Positions 51,501 through 64,000 of a stretch of DNA of 64,000 nt are shown here, in pieces (the stretch's first letter is position 1; each line of letters opens with the position of its first letter). The translations under genes and the position numbers were made by a program. Source of the stretch: Paraspadella gotoi (taxonomy: Eukaryota; Animalia; Chaetognatha); the NCBI GenBank assembly GCA_051294375.1, contig CM119266.1, positions 15,428,285-15,492,284 on the forward strand, written 5' to 3'. The notes beneath the pieces were generated by a model. The model worked only from the letters and a program-made list of their open reading frames with translations. It was not told the origin of the DNA and searched no databases.

Positions 51501-53124
51501 CGTGGTTCTGCAATGATTTTTAGTAGTTGTAGCTAAAAAAAAAGAACACATTTGTACACAAAAAAAAAAAAACTTGATAAAATTTTATTAACTAAATCTT
51601 ACTTATTTTTCTCTTCACCACCGCCACGCCCACAGCGCCCAATCCGCTCCGCCCTTCCTACGCCTCAACGAGTCCCTTCATCGCGAATTCCCCGCCTCTG
51701 TCCGCCGCCAACCTCAGTAGTAGTCGCTTTCATCCTAATCTCCCTCCGCCCTTCCTCTCCTCCTCCTCTTCCTCCTCGTCCTCTTCGAACGCGCAGTCCC
51801 GCCCACCCGTCTACTCTTTGACCCGGTCCGACGACGACGACGACGTCGCGGACCACGCCCTCGCCTTATCCTCCTCCTCTTCCTCCTCCTCCTCCTCGTT
51901 CCCCTTTTGGATCGACCCCTCGACCGGCCAAGTTTCGATCTCGGACAGTGGAAATTTGCGAGCCAAATCGTACGCGATCGCGCTGTGCGCCACCGACGCC
52001 GGTGGCAAAACGGGGCGATCTGCCTTGCGTGTGGATGTCAAAAAAAGATCCAAAGACGACGGCGAAGTAGATGATATCGAAGAAGAAGAAATCGAAGAAG
52101 AACTCACGGGAAAAGACAACAGCAACAGCAAAGACATCTTCGACGGGGAGAAGCGCCGTCCCGACCCGAAGCGCCCATCGACGCTCGGCGGGGACGACGA
52201 CGGCGCCCCCGACGTCGCCGCCGGTGACGACGTCGACGACGACGACGACAGCCGTGTCGACGACGACGACGACGACAACCTTCCGCGCTGCTCTTTACCA
52301 GCGACAAAAGAGCAGAGCGACGACGACGACGACGAAGACGAAGATGATCTCGTCGAAACTGACGAGGCCACTGCCGCCAGCGACGCCCCCTCCAGACGCC
52401 GGGGCTCGGCACCGCCCAAAGGGCGCGGTTGCCGAAACGACGCCGGCCGTGAGCCGGCGTCGCCGCCATCATCGTCGACCGACGAGGGCGAGCGTCGCCC
52501 GGCGCCGAAAGGAAGACCGAATTCGGCGTCGGCTAAACGCCGCAGTCGCCGCTCAGTGCGTCCCAGCATCCGCAAGCAAATCAGGGAAGACCACGTGGGG
52601 GTCATCGGAGTGAACATCGCTTCACAGGTCGGTTTTCTTGGAAATAAAGTGTCACTATTTCTTTCTGGTCGAGTGAAGCAAAAATTTCGCGAAAAAATGT
52701 CACGCGTTCTTAGCACATTCATTGGAGTAAAAATGGTTTCAGACGAACCAAAGATGTCGCGTTAATAATGTCGCTTTTTAAAATAGTAATCGCTTGAAAA
52801 TGATTTAAAGTTGACCTCGCCATTCATTTTTCTCACATAATTCGAATCTTCTTGTATCCTCTCACAAGTCACAACCAATGCAATCGTTGCGTTGCCTCGA
52901 ATAATTTTTTTTCTCTTTTGCTTGAGATTCTTTCTTTTCTTTCCACAACCGATATCTTAATTTTCCCCGTTCGACGTCTCTCCCCCCACAACTGACGTTT
53001 CTCCCCCACAACCGTTGAGTCATTCCCCCACAACCGCCTCGCTCTTATCTTCTGCCCGAGATTCTCTCCCACGGTTTCCGCGTTTTTTAACTCGAGCATG
53101 AAGCCTCTAAAACTCCGCACGCGC

Positions 53125-53198
<74 letters not shown>

Positions 53199-53523
53199 CG
53201 ACAGAGCCCTAGACCCCGAGTCTTCAACCTTCGCTTGTCATAAATCAAGCGAGCGAGCTGCACCCTGCATCTGGGCCTCTTTACCAACGTCGACATGTTT
53301 ACAACCAACGTGCAGTCAGAACGCTTGGCCGATGCAGTTCGGACCTGGCTGCGCCAGGTTGGACCAATCAGTGGTTAGGGGCGTGGTCATAGATTAAGAA
53401 CGCGTCATTTACTATAAGCAAAGATTAGGAGTTAAGAGAGACGCGTAACATTTTCCCCTTTTTCTTCGTCATCAGACTTCCGCTTGGACGATCTCGGCCG
53501 CCCCAAGAAGTTATGCGAAGAAG

Positions 53524-53610
<87 letters not shown>

Positions 53611-53917
53611 TCTCTCTCTCTCTCTCTCTATCTACTCTTACTCTCTGATTTGTAAAACTAGAAAATTTTCACTAATACAAACATAATTGTCAAAATTGTA
53701 AAGAATCAATGTTTATTCTCCGCACCCTTCACCCCTCTTTCCCCCTTCCACGAACAGCCCCTGAACATCGACGAGCGGTTCTCCTTCCGAGACAAACCAC
53801 AAGAGTTCGTGATCAATGAATACACAGGGGATATTTCTGTTTACCAGCACCTTGACTACGAGAAGAAACGAATCATTACTTTCACGGTGGAAATACGAAA
53901 TCGTAACAAGCCCAACG
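47070..53917 (+). CDS. 5' portion of a DN-cadherin/CadN-like (type III classical) cadherin; gene continues past the gapped region
   Basis: Phase-consistent exons 47070(or 47259)-47757, 49301-49539, 49767-50323, 50867-51043, 51305-51423, 51636-52627, 53758-53917. Signal CLLLLLPLLLFLV; FSILADGSL..NSDL, F...PYEGKILENQLPGTVV, ATRPLDAE, VDVENVNEFAPKFEQNLYSV, QVSATDED, FWIDPSTGQV, furin site RRSRR-SVRP, INEYTGDI....LDYEK. Confidence 0.8.
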
Positions 53918-55759
53918 GTGAGTTTTAGTTAACGATGTCGACTGTCTAAACGTTAGATACAACTTTACTGATAGGAGAGTGTGAATATTTTTTTGAGATA
54001 TGGACCTGTGACAAATACCTGTGACAGAGACCTGCGAGGTGAGAATCCCGAACTAAAAAAAAAAAACAGGCGCTGACGAAATTTCCATTATCGAAGACGA
54101 TTATCTAAAAAAAAAGGAGAACATTTTTCGACCCGATTTTGGGGAAGAGCTAAATTTGTTTTCCGGGAAAAGGAACCAACTTTTTTTCTCGTGTTTTCAA
54201 AAGGAAATCGAGCGAAAATTTCGGGAAGAAAAGAAGGAAAAAAAAATTAACCGAAAGAATTTAGCGTAAAAAAAAAGAAAGCCTCGTCGTCGGTTCGAAT
54301 AAAGAAAAGAGAATGCTGGAAAAAGAAAGAAAAAGAACGTAGTAAAAGAAAAGCCAAGGGAAGAGCGCCAGAACAGAAAAAGGAAGGAAAGAAAAGCGAT
54401 AAAAAAAAAAAAAAGAGCAAGAAGAAAAAAACAAAAGGAGGAGAAAATTTGCCGGAGGCGCCTCCCTCCATATCGAATTATCTTCGGGTTCCTGTTTGAA
54501 AACAAAAGAAGAAGAAGAGCAACCGGAAGAGAGAAAGCGACCGAGAGAGAGAGAGAGGGAGTTGCTAGGAAGAAGAGGAAGAGGAGGCGAGCAGTTGAGG
54601 CCGGTAGAGGTGGTCAGAGATGTTAAGGAGGTCGCCGGAAATCGAAATCTCTGCGAGGAGGCCGAAGGTGGGTGGCCGGTTTGAAGACGGCGACCACGAC
54701 TCCCTGCGGTGGGGGAAAGAAGAAAGAAGAAAGAAGAAAGAAAGAAAGAAAGAAGAAAGAAGCGGTGGAGACGGGAACGTTGGTGGATTTTTAAGAAAAA
54801 AGTTTTGTGACCCATTTAGTCTTTTTTATGGAATCGATATCAAGATTATACATCAATACGTCGCACTGACGTGGTTTTTTGCAACAAAAAGTTTAAGATT
54901 TAAAAAAAAATAAGTTAACACACTTCAAAATCTATTTAACGATGGAAGGAGCAGACAGAGCGGGAACGTCGCGATCGCCTAAATGCTTGTAAGCTTTGCT
55001 TGTCATTCTAAGATATTTTTAAAGCTCGGACATTCAGTCTACCATCTCCCGTCCGTCGCCCCAACGACAACGATTCACTACCATCTCGCCGAAGTTGCCA
55101 CGCCCACTGGCATAATCGATTTGAGAGAAGGAGAGCAAACAAAATTCGGCAGAGGGGAGATACGATAGAAAAGAGAAGAAAAAGGAGAAAAGGTTAAAAA
55201 AAGGGTAGAAAGATAAGAAGGTAAAAGGGACGCAAAAGAGTGGAGAGATATGTGAAAAGTAAGGAAAAAGAAGATAAGAAGGAGGAAGAAAATTTGAGAG
55301 ATAAAAGTGAGTGGGAAAAGAGGAAAAGCGAGAAACTGAAATGAGAGAATAAAAAGTTTGTTATAAAAAAAAAGGGGAAAAATGGGGTTGGAATTTCTTT
55401 GGACGTGAAATAGGGGAATCCGCCTTTCTCCTTTGTCTTGGTTAAGAGGTCATTCTTTTTGAGACCTCGGGGGGGAAAAAAAGAAAAAAAGGAAAAAAAA
55501 AACAAAGAAAGAGGAAAAAGGCGAAAGGTGGAGAGAAAATCCCGTGGGAAAAAAAAAGAGATGGCCGCTTCTGGGGGAGGATTCCTTTTATAGGGTTTGA
55601 ATGCGTTAAGGGAGGCGTTGTTGGGAAAAGTAAACTCATTCTTAGATATGTTTGTTTCTTTTTATATATAAATGGTTTGTTTTTTTCTTTCTTTTTATTT
55701 ACTTTTCTTTCTTTCTTTATTTATTTCTTTCTTTATTTCTTTTTTTTTCTTTCTTTCTT

Positions 55760-55771
55760 TTTTTCTTTTTT

Positions 55772-55858
<87 letters not shown>

Positions 55859-55863
55859 CTCTT

Positions 55864-55896
<33 letters not shown>

Positions 55897-55897
55897 G
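55760..55897. repeat. (TTTC)n tetranucleotide microsatellite
   Basis: Direct run. Confidence 0.9.
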
Positions 55898-56249
55898 ACT
55901 CTATCCTGAAGATCACTTTTCTTTTTTTTTCTGCTCTCTCATTTCGCTCAACTGACACAATATCGCAGAATCAGCGGAATTTCAACGCAAGAATTTCTCC
56001 CTTTACTTTTTTATGTTTTCTCTTCGGGTCTTTCTTTCATTCATTCTCTCTCTCTCTCTCTCTCTCTCTTGCCTCTTCTCATCTCACTTCTTCGTCCGCC
56101 AGTCTCTTCTCTCTCTCTCGTCTCTCTCTTCGAACTCTCTTCCTCTCCCCAACATTTCTCGCCTCTCTCTCTTCTCTGAACGTGACTAATTCAATCAAGA
56201 CCGAAACTGATTAAAAATTTCCGAGTTTGAAAATCGAGATAGCGAAAGA

Positions 56250-56323
<74 letters not shown>

Positions 56324-56477
56324 AGAGAGAGAAATATTTTTTACATTTATCGTAACTCTGGTAATAAAACTAACATCAACTCAAATCACGATCACTTCCA
56401 AATAACTTTTTTAAACCTTCCAAGTTCTATACGTTTAACATTTATTTTCGGCCGATAATCAATTTTTCTTTCGTTTT

Positions 56478-59400
56478 NNNNNNNNNNNNNNNNNNNNNNN
56501 NNNNNNNNNNNNNNNNNNNNNNNNNNNNNNNNNNNNNNNNNNNNNNNNNNNNNNNNNNNNNNNNNNNNNNNNNNNNNNNNNNNNNNNNNNNNNNNNNNNN
56601 NNNNNNNNNNNNNNNNNNNNNNNNNNNNNNNNNNNNNNNNNNNNNNNNNNNNNNNNNNNNNNNNNNNNNNNNNNNNNNNNNNNNNNNNNNNNNNNNNNNN
56701 NNNNNNNNNNGTCGTCGTCGTCGTCGTCGTCGTCGTCGGTCTCGTTTCCGGTTGACGGCGCGACTGGCGTTGACACGTCCGTGTTGACGCGTCAACGGAG
56801 ACGCCGAGTACGACGTGGCGTGACCCGACGGAGGACGCGGCTGGCGCTGTAAATGTGTTGATGTGTAGATGTACCAAGTTTTTAGTCAATCTTAAGTAAT
56901 AAATCTAAATAATTCTTCTTTTTTTCAAACTGAACTTTAATCTTTAGACTTTTAAATTATCATTGTAAGTAAATTGAAAGAGACGCCAAGCCGTCGTTTG
57001 AGAAGACCCCGTGGAAACTGAGGTCGACCACGAAGAAATTGAAGATGTCCTTGGCGAAATGGAGATTTCATCATTCGGGGAAAATTCTGCAAATTCTTTT
57101 GGAGAACGTTTCTCCGACATTTTTCGGCTGACGTGTCAATGTCGTCGTCGGCGTCATCGGCAGCCGCGGCGGCGCAGGCGTTGGCAGCGCCGGCAGTGGC
57201 GCCGTATATTTGGCTCGCTCTATCACAGACAATGTAGTTACTGTTCAAAATTGATGGGTAATTACTGACCAGTTTTTTAAGATTCCGTAAACCACACCCA
57301 TCTACCCTTCATCCGCGAATTTCCCCATTCGTTTGGTCTCCCAAATCACTTTCTTCATCTCCGCCCCCNNNNNNNNNNNNNNNNNNNNNNNNNNNNNNNN
57401 NNNNNNNNNNNNNNNNNNNNNNNNNNNNNNNNNNNNNNNNNNNNNNNNNNNNNNNNNNNNNNNNNNNNNNNNNNNNNNNNNNNNNNNNNNNNNNNNNNNN
57501 NNNNNNNNNNNNNNNNNNNNNNNNNNNNNNNNATCGGCCTTGAAGTTGGATGAGAAAATGGCGCTTCTTTCGAAAGAGACGAAGCGCGAGAGAAAGATTT
57601 GGGGGGAAATTTTAAAGGCAAAGAAAAATAGGGAAACGTCGTCGAGTCATTGGAAGGTTTTTTTCTTTTTGTACTAAAGTTCACTAAAATAGAAACTAAA
57701 GGATTTTTAAAAATTCATAATTGCAAATAGATTTACAGAGTAGAAGGGTTATTTGTTTAAGAAGTGAAGGATTCTGCTCTCAAGATATTATGGATGACTT
57801 AACATTTAATTCTTTCAAAATAGAAAAATAAAGTAATGTACTTTTAATTAAGAGGGAATTTGGTGACGACTGATGACTTAATTTCTTCTTTCTCATTCAC
57901 CTCTCTCGTAAAAATAAGATTAATGACAAAACTGAAGGTGACGAAAAAGATGATGACGATGATTATGATGATTGCGTCAACCGTGATTAATGCGTTGGAA
58001 ATGCCAGGGATTCCGCGAGAACCGGTTGATTAAAACACACCATAAAAATAAATGAGAAAAATATTTTTAAAAAAGAACTAACATGTAAACGTAAAATAAA
58101 GTGAAAAAAAAGGGACAATTTTAAAAAATAAAAATAAAACGAAAAGGAAAAAGAAAAAGCTCTAATTTTTTTTAAATTATTTTTTTTATTTGTGAAGAAT
58201 AATTTTTTCTTCTTTGCGAAAGTGGCTTGGAAAATCCTATAATCGTGAAGAGAGCTAATTGTAATTTATTTGTCTGAAGGGACAAAACCGGTTTAGCATT
58301 TCTTTGTCGTTTTGTTTATGTAACCATTAGCGGGTAGAAAAGAGTGTGTCAACAATGCCTTTCGGTTTCGCATAAAGAGAGTCTCGTGTCACTTGTAAGA
58401 TCTCTGACAAAGAAAAGCACAAAAAAAAGTTATCTCTTTATTTGCAGCATGAAAACTTAACTTCGTATTCAGAATCGTCTTTCATTGTTCGTGGTTCTAA
58501 TATCGGTAATTCCTTGTTAATAACAACATCACGTCTTGCCAAAATTGAAAAAAAAAAAACAGAAATTAATTTTCAACGAGTCTTTCTTCTTTCTTTGTTC
58601 CCGAANNNNNNNNNNNNNNNNNNNNNNNNNNNNNNNNNNNNNNNNNNNNNNNNNNNNNNNNNNNNNNNNNNNNNNNNNNNNNNNNNNNNNNNNNNNNNNN
58701 NNNNNNNNNNNNNNNNNNNNNNNNNNNNNNNNNNNNNNNNNNNNNNNNNNNNNNNNNNNNNNNNNNNNNNNNNNNNNNNNNNNNNNNNNNNNNNNNNNNN
58801 NNNNNNNNNNNNNNNNNNNNNNNNNNNNNNNNNNNNNNNNNNNNNNNNNNNNNNNNNNNNNNNNNNNNNNNNNNNNNNNNNNNNNNNNNNNNNNNNNNNN
58901 NNNNNNNNNNNNNNNNNNNNNNNNNNNNNNNNNNNNNNNNNNNNNNNNNNNNNNNNNNNNNNNNNNNNNNNNNNNNNNNNNNNNNNNNNNNNNNNNNNNN
59001 NNNNNNNNNNNNNNNNNNNNNNNNNNNNNNNNNNNNNNNNNNNNNNNNNNNNNNNNNNNNNNNNNNNNNNNNNNNNNNNNNNNNNNNNNNNNNNNNTAAT
59101 TTTCAACGAGTCTTTCTTCTTTCTTTGTTCCCGAATATTTTCTAAAAGGATAAAATAAAATTTTATAAAATCCGCTCTTCTGTTTTGGTAAATAAAAGAA
59201 GGCAACAATGCGCCAAAATCCAAATAAATGAAGAAAAAAAANNNNNNNNNNNNNNNNNNNNNNNNNNNNNNNNNNNNNNNNNNNNNNNNNNNNNNNNNNN
59301 NNNNNNNNNNNNNNNNNNNNNNNNNNNNNNNNNNNNNNNNNNNNNNNNNNNNNNNNNNNNNNNNNNNNNNNNNNNNNNNNNNNNNNNNNNNNNNNNNNNN

Positions 59401-59489
59401 NNNNNNNNNNNNNNNNNNNNNNNNNNNNNNNNNNNNNNNNNNNNNNNNNNNNNNNNNNNNNNNNNNNNNNNNNNNNNNNNNNNNNNNNN

Positions 59490-59523
<34 letters not shown>

Positions 59524-62500
59524 AGAAGTCATTTTGTGATTAATTGGCGCCTTAGGCGACGATAGAACGATTTTTTTCTGCGACACAAGAAACGTTTAAG
59601 TAAAAATGAGCAAAGACGAACTCAGAAAGGAAAAACAACAACGACAACAAACGAAAGAAGAAATAAGAAAGAAATAAGAATCGCGTTAAACGCCAGTTCC
59701 TTTGGCAGCCATGAATAATGATGGCTTTTTTCCCCTTTCTGAAANNNNNNNNNNNNNNNNNNNNNNNNNNNNNNNNNNNNNNNNNNNNNNNNNNNNNNNN
59801 NNNNNNNNNNNNNNNNNNNNNNNNNNNNNNNNNNNNNNNNNNNNNNNNNNNNNNNNNNNNNNNNNNNNNNNNNNNNNNNNNNNNNNNNNNNNNNNNNNNN
59901 NNNNNNNNNNNNNNNNNNNNNNNNNNNNNNNNNNNNNNNNNNNNNNNNNNNNNNNNNNNNNNNNNNNNNNNNNNAGTGAGGAAAAAAAGGTACTGAACCG
60001 AAATTTCACTTCCGTTCAATTGAAACCAGAAAACAAAGCATAAGAGAGAGTGAGAGTGAGAGAGAGTGAGATAGAATGAGAGAGAGGGAGAGCGCCCACC
60101 GAAAGAAACAAAGAAAAACACAAAACAGAGGAGGAAACGCGAATGGAATTCAAAAGTTTTGACGGAGACGAGACCAAAATAATGATAATAAAAAGAAAGA
60201 AATTATTTTTATTCGAAACAATAAAAATATATTCTTCCTTTCCATTTGACGTCCGGGGAAACGCCGGCCATTTTTTTTTCTTCTTCGGGGAACGATTTTC
60301 CGACCTGCTTCTCTGTTCTCGCCGCCAGCACCATGAAAACACCATGAAAATCAATAACCTTTTTACGATCCGACGACAATGGTTCGCTTTCTGCCTTTTT
60401 TTCCCTCGAACCCCCAACGATTACGCGGCAACGCTTCTGGTTCTNNNNNNNNNNTTTGGATGCACCTCCCCCACAACCTGCTCCCTCTCTCGTGACAATC
60501 AACACAAATATCAGCATCTGCGTTGGGCGGCAATTTCCCTTCCTCAAGCATTTAGAGACCGCGAGCGCGCACGAACCTGAGACGCGCGCACGAAACGTAG
60601 ACGCGCATATGAGCTTGAGATGCGCGCACAAAGCTGAGACGCGTGCACGGACCTAAGTTGCGCGAATGAACCTGAGATGCGCGCACTAACCTTGAACGCG
60701 TGCACATTAACCATTAGAAACTTAGTGCTGATCTTCCGAACTTTTGAGAAGAAGGTGCAACGCTAACGGAAAAAAGTACGCGTTTCGTGCGTGGTTCGCA
60801 GCCTTAAAAATCGAGTGCACAATCGGTGTCACTTTGGGCAGAAGTGGTGGCGATAGTGGCCGTGGTGGTTGTGGCAAGAAAAGTTGGCGAATGTCGAAGG
60901 GACGAAGGACGAAAACGACACGGCACCGCTGACGTCAATTTTTAAAACCTACACAATTTGCAGTGNNNNNNNNNNNNNNNNNNNNNNNNNNNNNNNNNNN
61001 NNNNNNNNNNNNNNNNNNNNNNNNNNNNNNNNNNNNNNNNNNNNNNNNNNNNNNNNNNNNNNNNNNNNNNNNNNNNNNNNNNNNNNNNNNNNNNNNNNNN
61101 NNNNNNNNNNNNNNNNNNNNNNNNNNNNNGAACTTTGAACGAAGGGAGGAGGAGTCGGACCGAGAGTCGAAGAAGGCGGGCGGACAAATTATCGTCTCGA
61201 GGAAATTGGCGACGGCGCAATTTGTCCGATTCCGAGAATCGAAATCCTCTGGCTGATGGAACCGATTTCGCGGAAACGAGGCTGGCGAAGAGATTATAAT
61301 GTAAACGATACAATGTAAACATTTACTTGTATTTTGATAATGGATTAGCCTCGCAAAAGAGATATCTTTATTTTTGTTATAATTGGTTACAACAATAACA
61401 GTTTTTCCTGTCGTCTCTCTAGATCTATCTATCTAACAATCTATCTATTTGTCTATCTCTCTTTCTGTCTCTTCTGGCTTTGAAAGCGCTTTTCTATTCA
61501 ATCATGTATAATTTTATATTTCTTTTGGAGGGATTGATTCTTTTTTGTTTATATATTTGTGTTTTCAGGTTAGAAACCAATAAAATAAAAGCGAGAGGTG
61601 AGCGGGAGATGTTTGATTCATGAGGGCGTCTGGCTCACGCGAGAATTGTTTGTTTTTTGTTTATATGCGATGACGAAAAGCGCCGTCGGTATCGAGGCAT
61701 AAAAGTTTGAGAANNNNNNNNNNNNNNNNNNNNNNNNNNNNNNNNNNNNNNNNNNNNNNNNNNNNNNNNNNNNNNNNNNNNNNNNNNNNNNNNNNNNNNN
61801 NNNNNNNNNNNNNNNNNNNNNNNNNNNNNNNNNNNNNNNNNNNNNNNNNNNNNNNNNNNNNNNNNNNNNNNNNNNNNNNNNNNNNNNNNNNNNNNNNNNN
61901 NNNNNNNNNNNNNNNNNNNNNNNNNNNNNNNNNNNNNNNNNNNNNNNNNNNNNNNNNNNNNNNNNNNNNNNNNNNNNNNNNNNNNNNNNNNNNGCGGGAG
62001 GGAGTCAGCGTCGGGTAGGATGGGGTTCAGTCGTCTAATTTGGCTCGCGGCGTCTCTCTAATATTCCCATGACGAAATGGTTGCAATCGGTTTTTCATGT
62101 GTGCCGAGGTTCGAACGCGAGAGGCGCAAATAACCTCAATGATGAAATTGGCAACAAAAATAAACGGAATTAAAGAAAAAAATGTTTGAAGAGGAGACGT
62201 CCGAATTAATTAGGAAAAAAAAATTAAAAGTTTAAAAAAAAATTTAGATTTGATTGAAAAGAAGTTTAAGGGAAAGAAAAGCATAAATGAAATACACTTG
62301 TTCCTAAAACAAAAGAAAAAGAGTCTGAACTCGAAAAAGAAAAGGATGCGCGTTTCTTTGAAGGTAGTGAAGAAAAAGGCGGGACACAAATACGGAGTAA
62401 ATGACGAAGAAAATTAACTTTTTCTCGGACGGAGGAAAGAGACAAACGGTTTAAAGTCGTTAAAAAACAAAAAAATGTTAAATTTAGAAACTTTTTGGGT

Positions 62501-62766
62501 CCCGAGTCAGAGCGGAATTACCACATGGAGATNNNNNNNNNNNNNNNNNNNNNNNNNNNNNNNNNNNNNNNNNNNNNNNNNNNNNNNNNNNNNNNNNNNN
62601 NNNNNNNNNNNNNNNNNNNNNNNNNNNNNNNNNNNNNNNNNNNNNNNNNNNNNNNNNNNNNNNNNNNNNNNNNNNNNNNNNNNNNNNNNNNNNNNNNNNN
62701 NNNNNNNNNNNNNNNNNNNNNNNNNNNNNNNNNNNNNNNNNNNNNNNNNNNNNNNNNNNNNNNNNN
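56478..62766. other. Region fragmented by multiple N gaps (within the cadherin locus)
   Basis: Nine N runs; exons could be hidden in them. Confidence 0.95.
60564..60710. repeat. ~19-bp degenerate CpG-rich minisatellite (GAGACGCGCGCACGAACCT), ~7-8 copies
   Basis: Units gagacgcgcgcacgaaacgt, gagatgcgcgcacaaagct, gagacgcgtgcacggacct, gagatgcgcgcactaacct. Confidence 0.75.
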
Positions 62767-64000
62767 GTGGGCTTGCAAGCCCTATTTGGCTTTTCAGACT
62801 GCGTAGTCGATATGATTAGGTTTCGAGGATAAAATAATTTGAGTATCGCTGCTAATGGGAAAAATCTCATAACGATGGAATTAAATGATGCGACTTAATA
62901 CCTTTAAAAAATCGGGGTTTAATCTAATTACTCGGAAAATACCGCGAGGTTCCATTTTCCTCGCATATATCCATTTTTCTCCCGTTACACTTTCGTTTTT
63001 TTTTGTTTTTTTTGTTTTTGAATTTTTTTCTTTTTTTTTTTGGATTTCGATGATTTGATTTTTTAAAATTTTTTTCCCCTAAATTCTATTTTTTTTTTTG
63101 AAGCTTGGAAATAGACGCAGTTTTAGACGTTTCCCTGGCGTCGACGCACGAGATGACGCAGACTTTTTCCCCGGCGCTTTTCCGGCGTGCTTTTCTCTCT
63201 CTCTCTTTCTCTCTCTCTCACTCTCCCAGCGTCGGGCTCGATTACGACGCATAACGACTCTACTTTCGCCTCATTCGGTCATAAACGCGAGAAAAGAGAA
63301 AAAGATGGCGAAGGAGTCGACGCGACGTGGAAAGATTCGAGAACGAGGGGTGGAAAGCGACATCTGGGTGGAAAAATGGGAAACGACGAAAATGGAGAAT
63401 CGAAGCCAACGTAAACATAAACAAACACACTATCTTTTCCGTAGCATTGCATCATGTGTTTGACAGGAGCGGTTCCGATGAGAGAGTGAGAGTTGGATTG
63501 TATCATTAAATGTGTTTACTCGGAGCGTTTCCGATTATATAACGTTGTTCCAATTATCTACTTATTGCTCTCGTTTCGATTATGTTCTCGTCACTGTTGC
63601 ATTGGATCATTACTCGGAGCAGTTACCAATTCTCACTGTCGCATATTGCATAATTAAAATAACTATAACAATAATAAAAATAGAAACTTTAGCGGATCTG
63701 GTGAGACCGAAAATGACGGTGGCGAGGACATACGCCCTCTGCATCAAAGATTAAGACGAAAGGTCGAAGAGACGTCCAGACTCGGCGGAGATTGTAAAGC
63801 TCCGATAAGTCGGTTACAACGACCTTGACAGCTGCTGACGCAATTACAATGAGATAGATGAACACGACGACGAAGACGACTAGTAAGACTAAGACGACGA
63901 CGAAGCGAAGAGCAACAACCGCCAAAAGACTTAACGCCTAGTATTCGCCTTCTGACGCGAAAACAAAAGATTTGCACCATTGGCAACTTTTCGCCCTCAC

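Noticed and set aside
54197-56214. Phe/Leu/Ser- or Lys/Arg/Glu-rich ORFs (and antisense ORFs over GC-rich exons elsewhere)
   Set aside because: By-products of purine/pyrimidine tracts, microsatellites and codon bias
58567-59135. 39-bp direct repeat on both sides of an N gap
   Set aside because: Most likely contig overlap or a collapsed/masked tandem array; cannot be interpreted across Ns

Overview
AT-rich, microsatellite-rich, intron-containing animal (invertebrate-type) genomic DNA; the last ~7.5 kb is broken by N gaps. Spliced genes reconstructed by hand with phase-consistent GT-AG junctions: a Discs-large MAGUK (+, 10945-15326, only PDZ3-SH3-GK present), a cytochrome b561 (-), a stomatin/band-7 protein (-), a probably GPI-anchored matrix metalloproteinase (-, 14 exons), an orphan membrane protein (-, 9 exons) and the 5' part of a DN-cadherin-type cadherin (+). 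MMP intron 6 holds, in antisense, a 5'-truncated Penelope-like retroelement of Naiad type (CxC linker + RT, 697-aa open frame). The main observation is that this copy is strand-specifically A-to-G hypermutated. It differs from a sister fragment at 35902-36376 by 18 G-vs-A against 2 A-vs-G changes, and conserved RT residues have become G-rich codons. This is the pattern expected if an ADAR-hyperedited RNA was reverse-transcribed and integrated. Its 3' region also contains a compact interlocked pseudoknot-like element. A separate ~175-nt structured, SL-RNA-like or C/D-like candidate ncRNA lies in MMP intron 11. Also present: MITE-like and DINE/HINE-like elements, minisatellites and microsatellites.
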